Shown here piece by piece: positions 1 through 23,100 of a DNA stretch of 64,000 bases. Positions within the stretch are counted from its first letter, which is position 1, and every line of letters begins with the position of its first letter. The notes beneath the pieces are model-generated. The model searched no databases and was not told where the DNA came from. It saw only the letters and a list, made by a program, of their open reading frames with translations. Source of the stretch: Salpingoeca rosetta (lineage: Eukaryota; Protista; Choanoflagellata). The stretch covers positions 183,510 to 247,509 of the forward strand of contig JAWQFM010000004.1 in assembly GCA_033442325.1 (NCBI GenBank), in the 5' to 3' direction. The position numbers and the translations under genes are program-made.

Positions 1-113
1 AGTACAAGACAATAAAACCACAACCAACAGTACACACACAAAAGCAAGCATCATTTTCCTCACTCTTTCCGCAATTTTCTTTCTCCCCTGTCCACCTCGT
101 CTGCTTGATGCAG

Positions 114-5277
<5,164 letters not shown>

Positions 5278-5290
5278 CCATCATCATCAC

Positions 5291-5321
<31 letters not shown>

Positions 5322-5413
5322 GCCATCATCACCACTCCTGCTGTCGTCGTCGCCATATCCACCGTTGTTGCTGTGCCCGCGCATGTGCGCGCGTGCTTGC
5401 ATGCAATATGCAG

Positions 5414-5725
5414 TTACGAGAGGTGTCGCCTCAGAATGTCGCCAGCCTTGTTCCACGCCTGCCGTGGTGGCGATGACGGCAATGCGAGGGGGAACAAGTC
5501 ATCGTACCAGTGCATGCAAGTGTATGAGCGTCGTGATAACCAACTATGTGCAAGAGTACATGACGTCCGCTGGCGGGCAATACACAATCCAAAGTCCGGA
5601 GCGCATGCACAGACAAGGGGGAAAAGTCTCAAAAACACGAATGACGGGAACATACACACCCCTACACCACGTATCTACACACACACCCCTACACCACGTA
5701 TCTACACACACACCCCTACACCACG

Positions 5726-5782
<57 letters not shown>

Positions 5783-7418
5783 CTGGGCGAGTGTCTGTTC
5801 GGTGATTGGGCCCTCGTCGCGGCTGCTGATGGTCGCGTTTACCGCCAGCGTCTCCGGATCGGCCTCAAGCACAATCCTGGACACACACGCACACGCATGC
5901 ATGGTGTTGGTGTGTTTGGTGTAGTTGTGTGTGTTTGTGTGTGGTGTGTTTGCGTGTGGTTGTGTGTAGTTCGTTGGCATGTGAGCTTGGACAGAGCGCT
6001 TGGCATAAGGAAGGGCGGGGGGCGGAGTTGGCACAACGGCACGGTTGCTGCGAGCGGTTGTGAAGCGGCGACAACAGCGCGATGGTTAACGCACCCGCCG
6101 TCCACAATTTCGTCTGTGATGAGCATGACTGCATCAAGATGATCCAGCACTGTTGTCTTCTCAATATTTTCTCTGCTCAGGGAAACGGCAAGGGGAGCAA
6201 AAGGGAAGATGTTGTGTGTGCGTGTGCGTGTGCGTGTGTGTGTGCGTGTGTGTGTGCGTGTGCGCGCGTGTATATACATGTGTATGAGCAAGTGCACGTG
6301 TGTATGCGGGCACGTGCGCAAATAGCGCTCATGTGCGTGCTCGCATGTGCAAGGGTCATACAAATGTGGCTGGAGATGTGTCTTGCAACACAGCGAGTAT
6401 TTCCTGACCTGACGACGATGCTGATGGCGTCGTAGAGTGTGTTGAGCACCGTTGCCAGCAGGAGCTACAGCAGGTTAACGATCATTGTTAACAACACCAC
6501 GAATCGATGTCAACCATGCACACATGGTCGTTGTAAACATACACAAACACATACACATACACATACACATACGCACGCAAACACACACAAAACACGTTCA
6601 CACACACATACGCGTACGCACGCAAACACACACAAAACACACGCACACACGAACCAGATACCCCAACCCACACAATGCTCCCACACCAACCTCGTTCTCT
6701 TGTGATGAGCCAAAGACGTAGAAGATGAGGTCAATGTTGCTTCGGAACACGCACGTGATGCCCTCAAACATGACAATCTCCGCTGTGTAAACACAATGCG
6801 CACATGCGTCCGCACACATGCACAGGACACAAACCAGTGAGCTGAGCGGCACCAATCAGCACACACAGTAAGCGCTCGCTAGTGCATGTCGAATCCATCG
6901 AAAACGACACGAAGAGCACAAACCGCAAATATGCGTGGCTCACCACTGGACTGGTTGGTCTTCTGAAACAGCTTCTTCTCAAATGCTCGCTGCTCCTTCA
7001 CCGTGGGCATGCTGTCATCGTAGTACTGTGCGCAGGGACAGCAGCGACAGCAGCGACAGCAGCGAAAGCAGCAATGTTTCGTATCACGCAGACAGTTCGG
7101 CAATCGTCAGCCATGCGCACACACAGATTAAGAGAGCAAGGGGATGCAGGGTCATGGACACAATTCATGAAGCTAGTACCAACAGTGTGTCGCACGCGCC
7201 TCTCTCACCTTGCTCAGCACCCTGTTGCCATCGTTGTCCAGGATCAGGATGCCCTTCACCGTGTAGAGAGACGCCTGCAAGAAACACAGCAACCATTAGG
7301 AGAGGACGCATCAATGTCCAACAATGTACGAAAAACAAACAAACGCGCTCGCTAACAGCTTGAACCACTCCCCGCAAGCAGGAGGAGGAGGAGCATCAGC
7401 AGCAGTCGTGTCCACCAT
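5414..7418 (-). CDS. COPZ1: Coatomer subunit zeta (sigma/zeta longin fold)
   Basis: Exons encode ASLYTVKGILILDNDGNRVLSK / YYDDSMPTVKEQRAFEKKLFQKTNQSS / EIVMFEGITCVFRSNIDLIFYVFGSSQENE / LLLATVLNTLYDAISIVVR / ENIEKTTVLDHLDAVMLITDEIVDGG / IVLEADPETLAVNAT...EQTLAQ / AWNKAGDILRRHLS*. The start is probably an ATG-only first coding exon at 7416-7418 (uncertain). Confidence 0.93.
5653..5730. repeat. 3 x ~27-bp minisatellite (ACACACACACCCCTACACCACGTATCT) in a COPZ intron
   Basis: Directly visible. Confidence 0.9.
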
Positions 7419-7717
7419 TCCCCCATACAGACACCCCCGCTGCCGGCCGGTCCACTCGCTTTGCTTTTGTTTGCTCAACCGTCCAAACCAACCATCTTGG
7501 ATGATGAAGATTTGCAAAAGATTTGGCAGAAAATGACCGAATATACTTTATCGTGTCGCTTACACCGCGTCGTGCAGCTGTCTGCTGTGGGTGTTGGATT
7601 TTTGTGTTTGTGCCAACGCAGCACGCAGCATGTATCTGTCAGATGCACTCCCGTTCACAGCTACACCGTATGGATGTTAGTGTCATCGTCACCCACGTCT
7701 CGCATGGCCACGTGCGG

Positions 7718-11355
<3,638 letters not shown>

Positions 11356-11431
11356 CACGCTCTTGTCTCCCGCCGATTTGTTACAGGAATTATTCACAAA
11401 GTTTCCCAACTTCACCCAACAAGACGCCGCC

Positions 11432-13358
<1,927 letters not shown>

Positions 13359-14255
13359 CAACTGCGAGCAACATACATGTGTGCGTGCGTGCGTGTGAAG
13401 TTGTCGCCACGCCACATCAATATCACTTTTCACTCTTGCCGCTTTTCCGTTAGACAGTGTGTATAGAAGAGAGGGACACGAGTGGGCAGCGAGGAAGGGA
13501 AGCCTCCCACAACCACAACACAAATACCAACACACACACACACATGCACGCATGCACGCGCGCAAACAGTGAAGAGAGCAAGAGCGACACAAGGAAGGGG
13601 CATGGCAGTTAACAACGCCACCCACGTCACACTCTGAACATGAAAACAGGCGCAGCAACAAAGCAAAACAAACGGGAAAGAAGAAGGGGAAAACGGGGAG
13701 AAAGTCAGCAAGTGCGGGGGCAGATGAAAGGGGGGGGGGGAAGGAAACAACACACAGGACCAACACGCTCTAGAACACAACACTGCAGCTCTAAACCCAC
13801 CACCACCACCACCGCTACAATGACAACAGCACCACAATGCTGTCAAACAAAAAGACAACAGCAGCCTCTCGACAACACAGCGACAACCAAAGCACATGCA
13901 CCCTCGTGTGAGCAGCAGCAGCACTGTCGCCACTGGTGTGTGGCACGCTGGTCGTGGTGAGGTGGAGCGAGGAGGAGAAAGGGGAGAGGGACGAGAGGAG
14001 GAAGGACTGCAACAAATAAAACAGGCACATCCTGCCGAGTGCAGTGCCAAGAATGGAAGGAAATCACACACAAAAAACAACGAAAAAGCTCAAGATAGAT
14101 CTCGTGTTCGGAGAGGCGAAGAAGGCGAAAGAAGAGGGAAAGAAGGGAAGAGAGATGAAGCAAACCAGGAGGGGGGGGGGGAGGGAAAGAGGGAACAAGA
14201 GGCAAAAACGGTAGCACAAGCACAATGCAGCCAGGCACGGCGTGGAGTGGCGGAT

Positions 14256-17200
14256 TTAGGCGTCAAAGCCGTAGCCACCCTCCTCGTTGCTGCCGGCCTT
14301 GAGCTTGATCGACGTCGACTTGGGAGGAATGCTGCGCGTACGCACACAACACAACAGGGTGAGGTGAGGTGAGGTGAGGTGAGGTGAGGTGAGGTGAGGT
14401 GAGGTGAGGTGAGGAATTGTTTTTTTTTTTTTTTGGTTGGAGAGAGGGGGTGGGTATGAAGGTGGGCACGAAGCAAGACACAGCACGACACAGCAAACAA
14501 ACACAAACAACAAACAACAACAAACAACCAACAACAAACACAAAACAAATCAAACAAAACAAACACAAAACAACGCAAGCCAACATACCTCGGAGGTGGT
14601 CTGCGGACGGGCGGTGCGCCTGTGGGCGGCTGTGCGTGGCCGTGGTGGACGCGGGTGGTGTCGCTGTCACTCTCGTTGCGCATTGGGAGCTGCGAGTCAA
14701 CCTCCTGCTGCAGCGACAGGCGCGGGGCCTTACCACCAGCTGGCATCGACGAGTACATGCTCTCCGGCTGGGCCTGCACCGGCGCCGACATGTCCAGCCA
14801 GTCCAGCACGACGCGGTACACAAACGCGTACTGGTCGGGCGTCTGGATCATGGCCATGCGCTGCGTGCGCATGTGCTTGGTCACCTGGTACAGGTCCATC
14901 TTGTTCTCCTCCCGCATGCGCTTGAGGCAGATCATGGCGGCAACAAACACGCCCGTGCGGCCAACGCCTGCGCTGCAGTGCACAACAAGCGGCTTCATCT
15001 GCTGCAGGATCGCCTGTAGCGCGTGCGTGCGTGCGTGCGTGCGTTTGTGTATGTGTGTATGTGTGTGGGTTTCGAGGTGAGCATACGACATGCAAACCAT
15101 GCAAGAGCAAAGAAACCACCGCCCACGCAGGCGACAAACAAACGCAAAAAATAAAATAAAAAAATAATCACCACCAATTCGGTCCCCCCTCTCTCCTCTC
15201 CCAAACCACCACCGCGACAACGACCACTACAACGCTGGCTACGCACGTGCTCGTTGATGATTTCGCGGTTGCCGTAGATGCTCTCCTCCTGCGGCATGAC
15301 CACGCGCGAGTTGGCGTACTGCTCAATCTCCTGGATCATGCGCACCAGGTTGGTGCCGGCCGTGGGCGTGCCCTGCGTCGGCCACTCAAGGTACTGCCAC
15401 TGCTTCACCTCGCGCGTCTCGTCCAGCAGCAGGTTCACCAGCATCATCGTGCGCTCCATGAAGAAGCCCCGGTTCACCTCGCTCAGCAGCGTCACCTGGT
15501 AGTCGCCAAAGTTGAGGGGCGGCTCGTCGGGGTCTGGCCAGTACTGCTCAGACTTGACCCGCCCGTTCTCCTCCAGGTGCGTCATCATCACCACAGAGTG
15601 CACACCCTGCTCCCACACCATGCGCCAAAAGTCCGCAAGCGTGTTCTCCAGCGGGCCCTGCGTGGCAATAAACGCGCCCTTCTGCTTGAACCCGTCAATG
15701 AAGCTGGCGTTGATGTAGTCCGAGCCGACAACGCCCGGCACCGTCTGCAGCTTCACTCGCGTGTTGTCAAACGGAAGAATGTTGTTGAAGCGGTTCTTCT
15801 CCTTGTTGGCCAGGATCTGCGCGCTGTCCGTGCGCACGGCGGGGGCCGGGCCCTGTGCCAAGCGGTTGAACTCCTGCTCCAGGTTGGACATGTTCGAGCC
15901 CGCCACGGGCCGCCGCAGCTCGTGGAAGTGCTTGCGCAGCGACTTGGGCGACATCTCCGTCACCGCCGTCGACAGCGCATCGCACAGCGACGAGTAGATG
16001 AAGATGTACTGGTCCTCCGTCTGCACCATCGTGTTGCGCTGGCGACGCATCATGTTCAGGCACCCAAAGATATCCACCCGGCTCTCCCGCGAGGCCTTGT
16101 CCAGGTTGTAGTCCAGCGCCAGGAAAGTACCCGTACGCCCGACACCGGCAGAGCAGTGCACAACCATGGGCCCGGCGTTGGGCTGCGACCGCAGCACCTT
16201 GGCCTTGCGCAGCATGGTGATGATCCCCGCCGTGCTGTCCGGCACGCCGTGATCGGGCCACGACACGTACTGGAACTGCGTCACCGTGCGCGACTGGCGG
16301 CCCACCTGCACCGTCAGCGTGCGGATAACAAAGTCCGGGAACTCCTCCTGCTTGGTGAACCAGATGCTCATGTTGGTGGTGAGCGGCAGCTGGTCGCCAA
16401 CGGCCTGCGGCCAGTACTGGTGGCACTTGATGCGGCCCTTCTCCTCGAGGCGCGTCACCATCACAATCACCGTCGTGCGGTTCTCCCAGATCATGCGCCA
16501 GAAGTCAATCACCGTGTGCGGCAGTGGACCCTGCGCCGCAATGTAGTACTTGGGCACAGAGTACCCGTCAATGTAGTTGGCGTTGATGTAGTCCGAGTTG
16601 GGGTCGCCGCCAATCACAGACAGCTTCACACGCGTGTAGTCGTACGCAAGAATGTTGGCGTAGCGGTTCTTGCTGCGGTTCGCATCCAGCTGCGACGACG
16701 TGCGCGGGAACTGGTCGCCCTTCTCAACACACTCGTACTCCTCCGAGAAGATGAAGTTGGAGTTGGCGCTCATCTGCTCAATCACCCGCGGCAGGTCCGG
16801 CACAGACACCTCGTGCCGCTGCACGGGTGGCATCTGCGGCGCACCAGCACCGCCCATGCTCGAGTAGATGGACGAGCTGTCGCCAGCCACAACCGGCGCT
16901 GCCATTGTGCCTGGCGGGCGCACGGGCACGGGCGGGCCGCCAAAGCTGGTCGACGCCATCGACGCGCCGGGCGGCTGCTGCACGGGCATGTTGCCGCGGG
17001 CAGCGAGCCCACCCTGCTGCTGCTGGTGGTGCTGGCCGTTCTGCGCATACCCCATGGGCGACATGGGCATGGACGACGCGCTCGTCTGCAGCGACGAAAC
17101 AGCCTGGCCATACCCGTTGGACCCGCCGTTGCCAAAGTACGGGTTGCCCTGGCTCGAGTGCACGTTGGTCGTGCCGTTCGACGGCGCGGAGGACTCAAAC

Positions 17201-19921
17201 AGCGGCGGCTTGGACTTCTGGTTGCGGCGGTACCGCACAAACAGGAACACCAGCACGACAATGATGAGCACAACGATGATCGCACCAACAATGGCGCCAA
17301 TGGGGCTGGCTGCGGGTGACGACGTGGACGCCTGTGGGGACGAGATCAGGCGGCCCTTCTCGTCATACACGGGCTCCTTGATCGGGCCAACCGTGTCAAA
17401 CATCTCGGTTCCGTCGCCAGACTGCGTGAAGGCGCGCAGGCGCACGGTGTACGTGGTGCCAGCGCGCAGCGGGCCGTTAAAGAAGCCGCCGTAGTTGAGC
17501 TCGTCGCCCACCACCAGCGAGCCACTCGTCTGCGTCGCGTCGTCACCGGTGTACTGCCGCTGGAAGGCAATGTACGCGCGCGGCGTCTGCTTGTTCACCC
17601 GCGCGTTCTCGTTCGTCTGCCAGTCGCCAAACGCACACTCGTCCTCGCCACTGGCCGACGTGCAGTTGTACATGGTGTTGAAGTGGCGGCTGTCCTCCGG
17701 CTCCACGATGACCTGCACCTGGCGCACGGGCCCAAAGCGCGTGTTGATGATGGGCCACGTGATGCGCAGCGTGGTCTGCTTGCTCTCGCCGTTGGGCCGG
17801 TCGTCGTGGAACTGCACCGTCGGCAGCTCCGCCGGGCGGAACGACCACGTCTGCACAGACTCCGTCGCGCTAAAAGGGCCCGGCGCAAACTCGGTGTTCT
17901 CGGGCGCCACCTTGATCTCGTACATGCGGTTTGGCTCCAGGTCCATCAGCGTCACAGAGGGGTTCTCCTCGCTGGCGTCGTAGGGCACAATCACGTCCGT
18001 GGCGTCCAGTTCCGGAGACGTGGCGCTCTGCCCGCCGTTCTCGACGTAATCCACCGCCAGCCCCTTATAGCTGACCACGTAGTGGCGCGGCGGGCCGTTG
18101 AAGTCGTGCATGGCAATGCGACCCCACTGCACCGTGATGCTGTGCGCGTCGTTGGAGCGGTCTGTGATCACGGGCGTGGCGGCTGGCGGTGCCGCCTCCG
18201 TGCGCACCGTGTTTGTCGTCAGCAGCGCACTGGCGTCAAACCCACCAGCCTGCTCCATGCCAACAAACACAGAGTTGATGGGGTACACGTCCACCTTGTA
18301 CTGCACGTACTCCTGCAGCCCGGAGAAGCTGACACTTGTGGTGGACGTCTCCTGCGTCGCCACCACGTGCTCCGCGGGCGTGTCCGAGTGGTCATCAGCA
18401 AGTTGCGTCAGAATCACGCGGTACTGCAGGCTGGCGTCGTTCCAGTCAGACACGGCGAGCGCGTTCCACGACACGTCCAGCGTGGTCGTGCCCTTGGTGG
18501 TGGTCAGCTGGCCCACACTGGCGCCGGGCAGCGCCGGCGACAGAATGCCGTTGTTGTCTGGCGTGGACACGGTCGTTGTGTCAGTGCCCTCGCCAATGGC
18601 TGTCAGTGGCGTTACCGAGAACGTGTACTTGTCATATGCGCCCAACGACGTGAAGCGCGTACTGAGGCCGTCACCCTGGTTGTTGCTGCCCAGTTCCGCC
18701 AGCGAATATGTGAGGTCGCTGTGCACCTGCGCCTGCGCCTGCTGGTTCGGCGTCACCCGCACGACAACGCGGTACTCTGTGATGATACCGTTGCGCGTTG
18801 CAAGGGTGGGTGGGTTCCACGTCAGCAGCACGCGCTTGGAGGCGTCTGTTTCGTCCGTCTCCTCCGCAGCCACCAGATTGAGCACAGGGCCGGTTGGAAT
18901 GTACTCATCGGTTGTCTTGGAGAAGGAGGGCGACGTGGGCGATTCGGGCGACACGGGCGCGCGGTTGGTGACCGTCGCCGTGAAACTGTACAGCACACCG
19001 GCCCGCAGACCATCAATGACGCGCGAGACAGTCGTGGTGGCGCGCTCCGCCGAAGTGAGCGGCGTCTGCAGCGTGGCCAGGTCGCCAAACGCGTCGTTGC
19101 CGTACTCAATTGTCAGGTTCTGCAGCACGCCGTTGCGGCGGTTGAGTGGACGGATGTTCACGCTCACGCGCACGCGCTTCTCCTGTGCAGTGTCATCTGC
19201 CAGCACCTGCACATTGGTAATGGCTGGTGCCGTGGGCGTTTCCTCCTCCGTCAGCACAGTGATGGTGTTGGCCTCACCGTCGCCCACGCTCGTGTGCGGC
19301 ACAACCTCCAGCGTGTACTCCATGAATGGCTGCAGGCCGGTGGCCTGGAACGTGATGGTGCTGTTGGGCTGGTTCTCAAACTCCGTCACAATGGGCAGGC
19401 TTGCAGCGAGCGTCGAGTCGATCCTCTGCGTGTAGAACGGGTCTGTGGAGATGGTGAGCGTGGCCGTGTAGGCAACAATGCCGTTGCGGTCGGGAACCGG
19501 GAGCGGGTCAAAGTCAATGTCGACTGTACGCGGCGTGACGCTCACGTCGCCAAAGACAACAGGGGCGGACGGAATGGCCTCGTCGGTGCGGATGACGAAC
19601 GTGGCTGCGGGCCCAATGCCAGCAGACGTCCACGCGCGGACCTCAACCGTGTATGTGACGTACGCCTCCAGGCCAACCAGCGGCCACGTGTACACCACGT
19701 CGCCGTTTGCGGGCACAAACGAGTTGCACACGGACGCAGGGCAGTTGTCCAGCGAGTCTGTGGCAACGCGTGGGTCGTCGTCCTGGCGCGAGTACACAAT
19801 GGTGAAGTTGGTGATGAGCCCCTTCCGCTCCAGCGGTTCCGGCAGCTGCCACTCCACCATCAGCGATGACGACGTCGTCGTCACGTCCGTGTTGGTCACG
19901 TTGCCCGTGGGTGCTGCGTGT

Positions 19922-19965
<44 letters not shown>

Positions 19966-20131
19966 CGAGAGTGAGTGAATGAGGGTACAGCTTGGATATG
20001 CGTGTGCTTGTGCATGTGACAGGGAGGTTCACCAGCAGTCACAAACGACTCAAATAACGGCAACCTCAACGAAAGCAGGAGGCAAGGGGCAGGCGCGTGC
20101 AAGTCACCAAAGTTCAACTTACACATACACA

Positions 20132-20176
<45 letters not shown>

Positions 20177-23100
20177 CTGATTCGAGGAGGCGAACTGTGT
20201 AGGTCTCGGACCATGGGCTGAGCAAAGATGACATGCTGCCTTCCGTCTGCATCTGGAACTCGTACACAATGGCGGGATGCAGCGGGTCCCCACTCTCGAG
20301 GGTGGTGAAATCCTTGGTGAATGTCTGCGCACTGTACCTGAACACGTGCCAGTCGTCAGCGCCACCAAAGTCAGCGTCCGTGATGGTTGTGTTATCGGCA
20401 TACGTGGTGTTGGCGGCACGACGCACACGCACGAGGTAGGCGACGAGGTCTGAGTTGTGCGTCTCGGGAGGGGGCGCCTCCCAGGTGATCGTGAATGACG
20501 TGTCTGAAGGGACAATGGACACCACCGCCGGTGGCAGGTCAGGTGGTGCATCATCCGTCTCAAACACAATTGCAGGGAGGTAAAACTCTGTGGCAGAGAT
20601 GGCAAAGCCAGTGTCCACGTTGGTGCGCGCCTGGATGGTCACGTTGTACTTCACGCTCTCCTCGAGGCCGGTAAACACGATTGATGATGCGGGGTGGTCG
20701 ACCGTGCGCACAAATTGGCTGGGCGCGTTCGGGTCGGCGTTTGGCTCATCATCCAGCCGCTGCACGAGCACGAGATACTGCACAACGCCGTTGAGGTCAG
20801 TCTCATCAAGGGGCGTCCACGTGACATTCACCGCAGTGGCGTTGATCACGGCGATGGCGTCAAGTTGCGGTGGCATGTTGGGCGTGTCCTAAACGTGTTG
20901 GCCACAACATCGCGTGAGTACAGGGCAAAGTCAAACGAAGGGCACACGCCAGGTGCAAAGCAAAGGAGGAGGAGGGGGGAGGAGTTCAGATAAATGGAGA
21001 ATTGAGCGATTCATCACAAGGGTGTAAGCAACAGCAGGACGAGTGGCCACAACACAAGCGATGCGTCTATTGCAAACAAACACAAACACACACACACACA
21101 CACACACACCAGTACACAACAGTGCAAAGACACACACACACACACATAACCACACATCAGTACACACGACACACACACACACACCTGATGCGTTTGCGCG
21201 GTTGCGGGTGTGGAGATGACACTGCGACGGTTGCCAAACTCGGCCTGCACCTGCACCTCGTATGTGTGATACGGCAGGATCTGGTCCGTGAGGTCAAGGT
21301 GCAGCGTGTTGCCATCCACGCTCTTCTCAATCACGGGCGCGCCCGTGACGTTGAGGTCGCGGTACTGCACAAAGTAGCGCGTGATGGCGTTGGGCGGCGT
21401 GGGTGGCGCCGTCCAGTCCAGCAGCAAGAGGTAGCCGTCAACGACGTTCATGGCATCCGGGTCAGGGCGGGTGAAGTCGGTGATGACGGGCCGGCGCTGC
21501 GCAAGACAGGTGGGCGTGTCCATCGTGTTGGTGAACGCACGAATTGGCGCATAGCCAAACGGCAGGAAGAGGGAGACGTTGGTGCCGTCGACGTCGAAGG
21601 AGGCATCAAGCGTGTTGTTGACAATCATGTCCTGGCGCGTGTGGAAGTTGTACGCGCCGCTGCCATCAACCTGCAGCACGCTCACGCCAAGCTGGTCGCT
21701 GGAGGCAAGCGGTGTTGACGCCTGGAGGAAGTATGCGCCCGTGTCCTCCGTCCTGTTGGTGCGGGCATACGGGATGCGCACAAACTTGAAGTTCGGACCA
21801 GGGGCAGTGGAGGCCGCAGCAAAGGTGGCATCAAAGTCACTGCTGGAGGCGACTCCAGCCACGTCGAGATACAGGCGCGTGTCGTCGGCTTCGGGGGTGG
21901 ACAGGGTGATGTTGGTCAGCAGCACGCTCACGTTGAAGGACAGCATGCAATCGGAGTCTGCGGCCTGCACGGTTGTGACGGCCACACGCCGCAGCGCAAC
22001 CAGGCGACCCGCCGCCAAAGACAGCAGGAAGGACACGTCGTCAAAGGAAACGATGCCGTCGCTGTTGGTGTCCGCGTCTGCGCCCTCTGCAAGGTCGTTC
22101 TCGGTCAGCCGGCCGCTGTACACATCGGACAGCATCAGCACATCCAGTACGTCCAACACGCCATCGCCGTTCATGTCAAAGGTCGGGTGGTTGGCGAGCA
22201 CCGTCGTGAGGGTGCCGCGGGGGCCGCTGCGACGACGGCGGGCAAGCGTGTTAGCAACCATGGCTGCAGCGTCAAGCTCAAGGTCGGCAGCACCGTCGCT
22301 TGTCAGGCTGCTGCGTCGGCGACGTGTCATCATCATCGGGGTGGTCTCCACAAACAGCGAGGACGTGGTGGCATCAAGCTCAACCAGGCTCGGGTTGCCG
22401 TTGGCGTCCACCTCAACCACGGAGCCGCCGAGCGAGAGCTGCGGGCTGGTGGTGGTGAGGTTGCGGGTGGTAAACACGGCCACGCCGAGCTCAAGGTCGT
22501 CGCTGGTGATGGCATTGCCGGGGATGACGACAAACACGCTCAGTTCACCAGGCGTACGCACGTTGAAGTCGAGGAACGCAAACTGCACGTCCGAGCCAAG
22601 CTCCACCGTGGCCAGCGCAAGGAGGGCCGGGTCGTACGTCAGGCTGAGCACGGCTGCACGCAGGTTCTCCGCCTCAACGTGAAGAGGAACACGCACGCGC
22701 GAGAAGGACGCGGCAGAGACGCCGTGCGGCCCAAAGCTGCCAGCACCCTCTGCGGGCAGGAGGGACGGAAGGCAGGTGACAGTGGCCTGCACGGTGCCGT
22801 TCACGGCGATGCCGATGGTCACCTCTGTCGCGCTGCCATCGTGCAGGGTGATGATGCCGTGTGCGTCCACGCTCAGGGCATCCGTGTTGCTGGACGTGAA
22901 GGTGACGAGGGATCGGATGGCGAGAGAGCCGTCATCAAGACGCACCTGCCCTGGCGACAGTGGCTCGCCGGTCACCTCGGCAGCAATGTCGAGCGTAAAC
23001 GTGGCATTCACCCGGCCAAGGAGAGGGAACGTGCCGTTTGCATTGGCCACAACATCAGCCACGCTGGCGCCCGTCACGCTCAGAGGGAGCGATGCATCGT

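Noticed and set aside
14256-14331. C-terminal SIKLKAGSNEEGGYGF resembling the start of a PDZ domain
   Set aside because: A stop codon follows two residues later, so there is no room for a domain
15247-19869. Long plus-strand ORFs (690 aa, 728 aa, 445 aa) opposite the PTP
   Set aside because: Antisense shadows of a GC-rich, codon-biased coding exon, with no recognisable motifs
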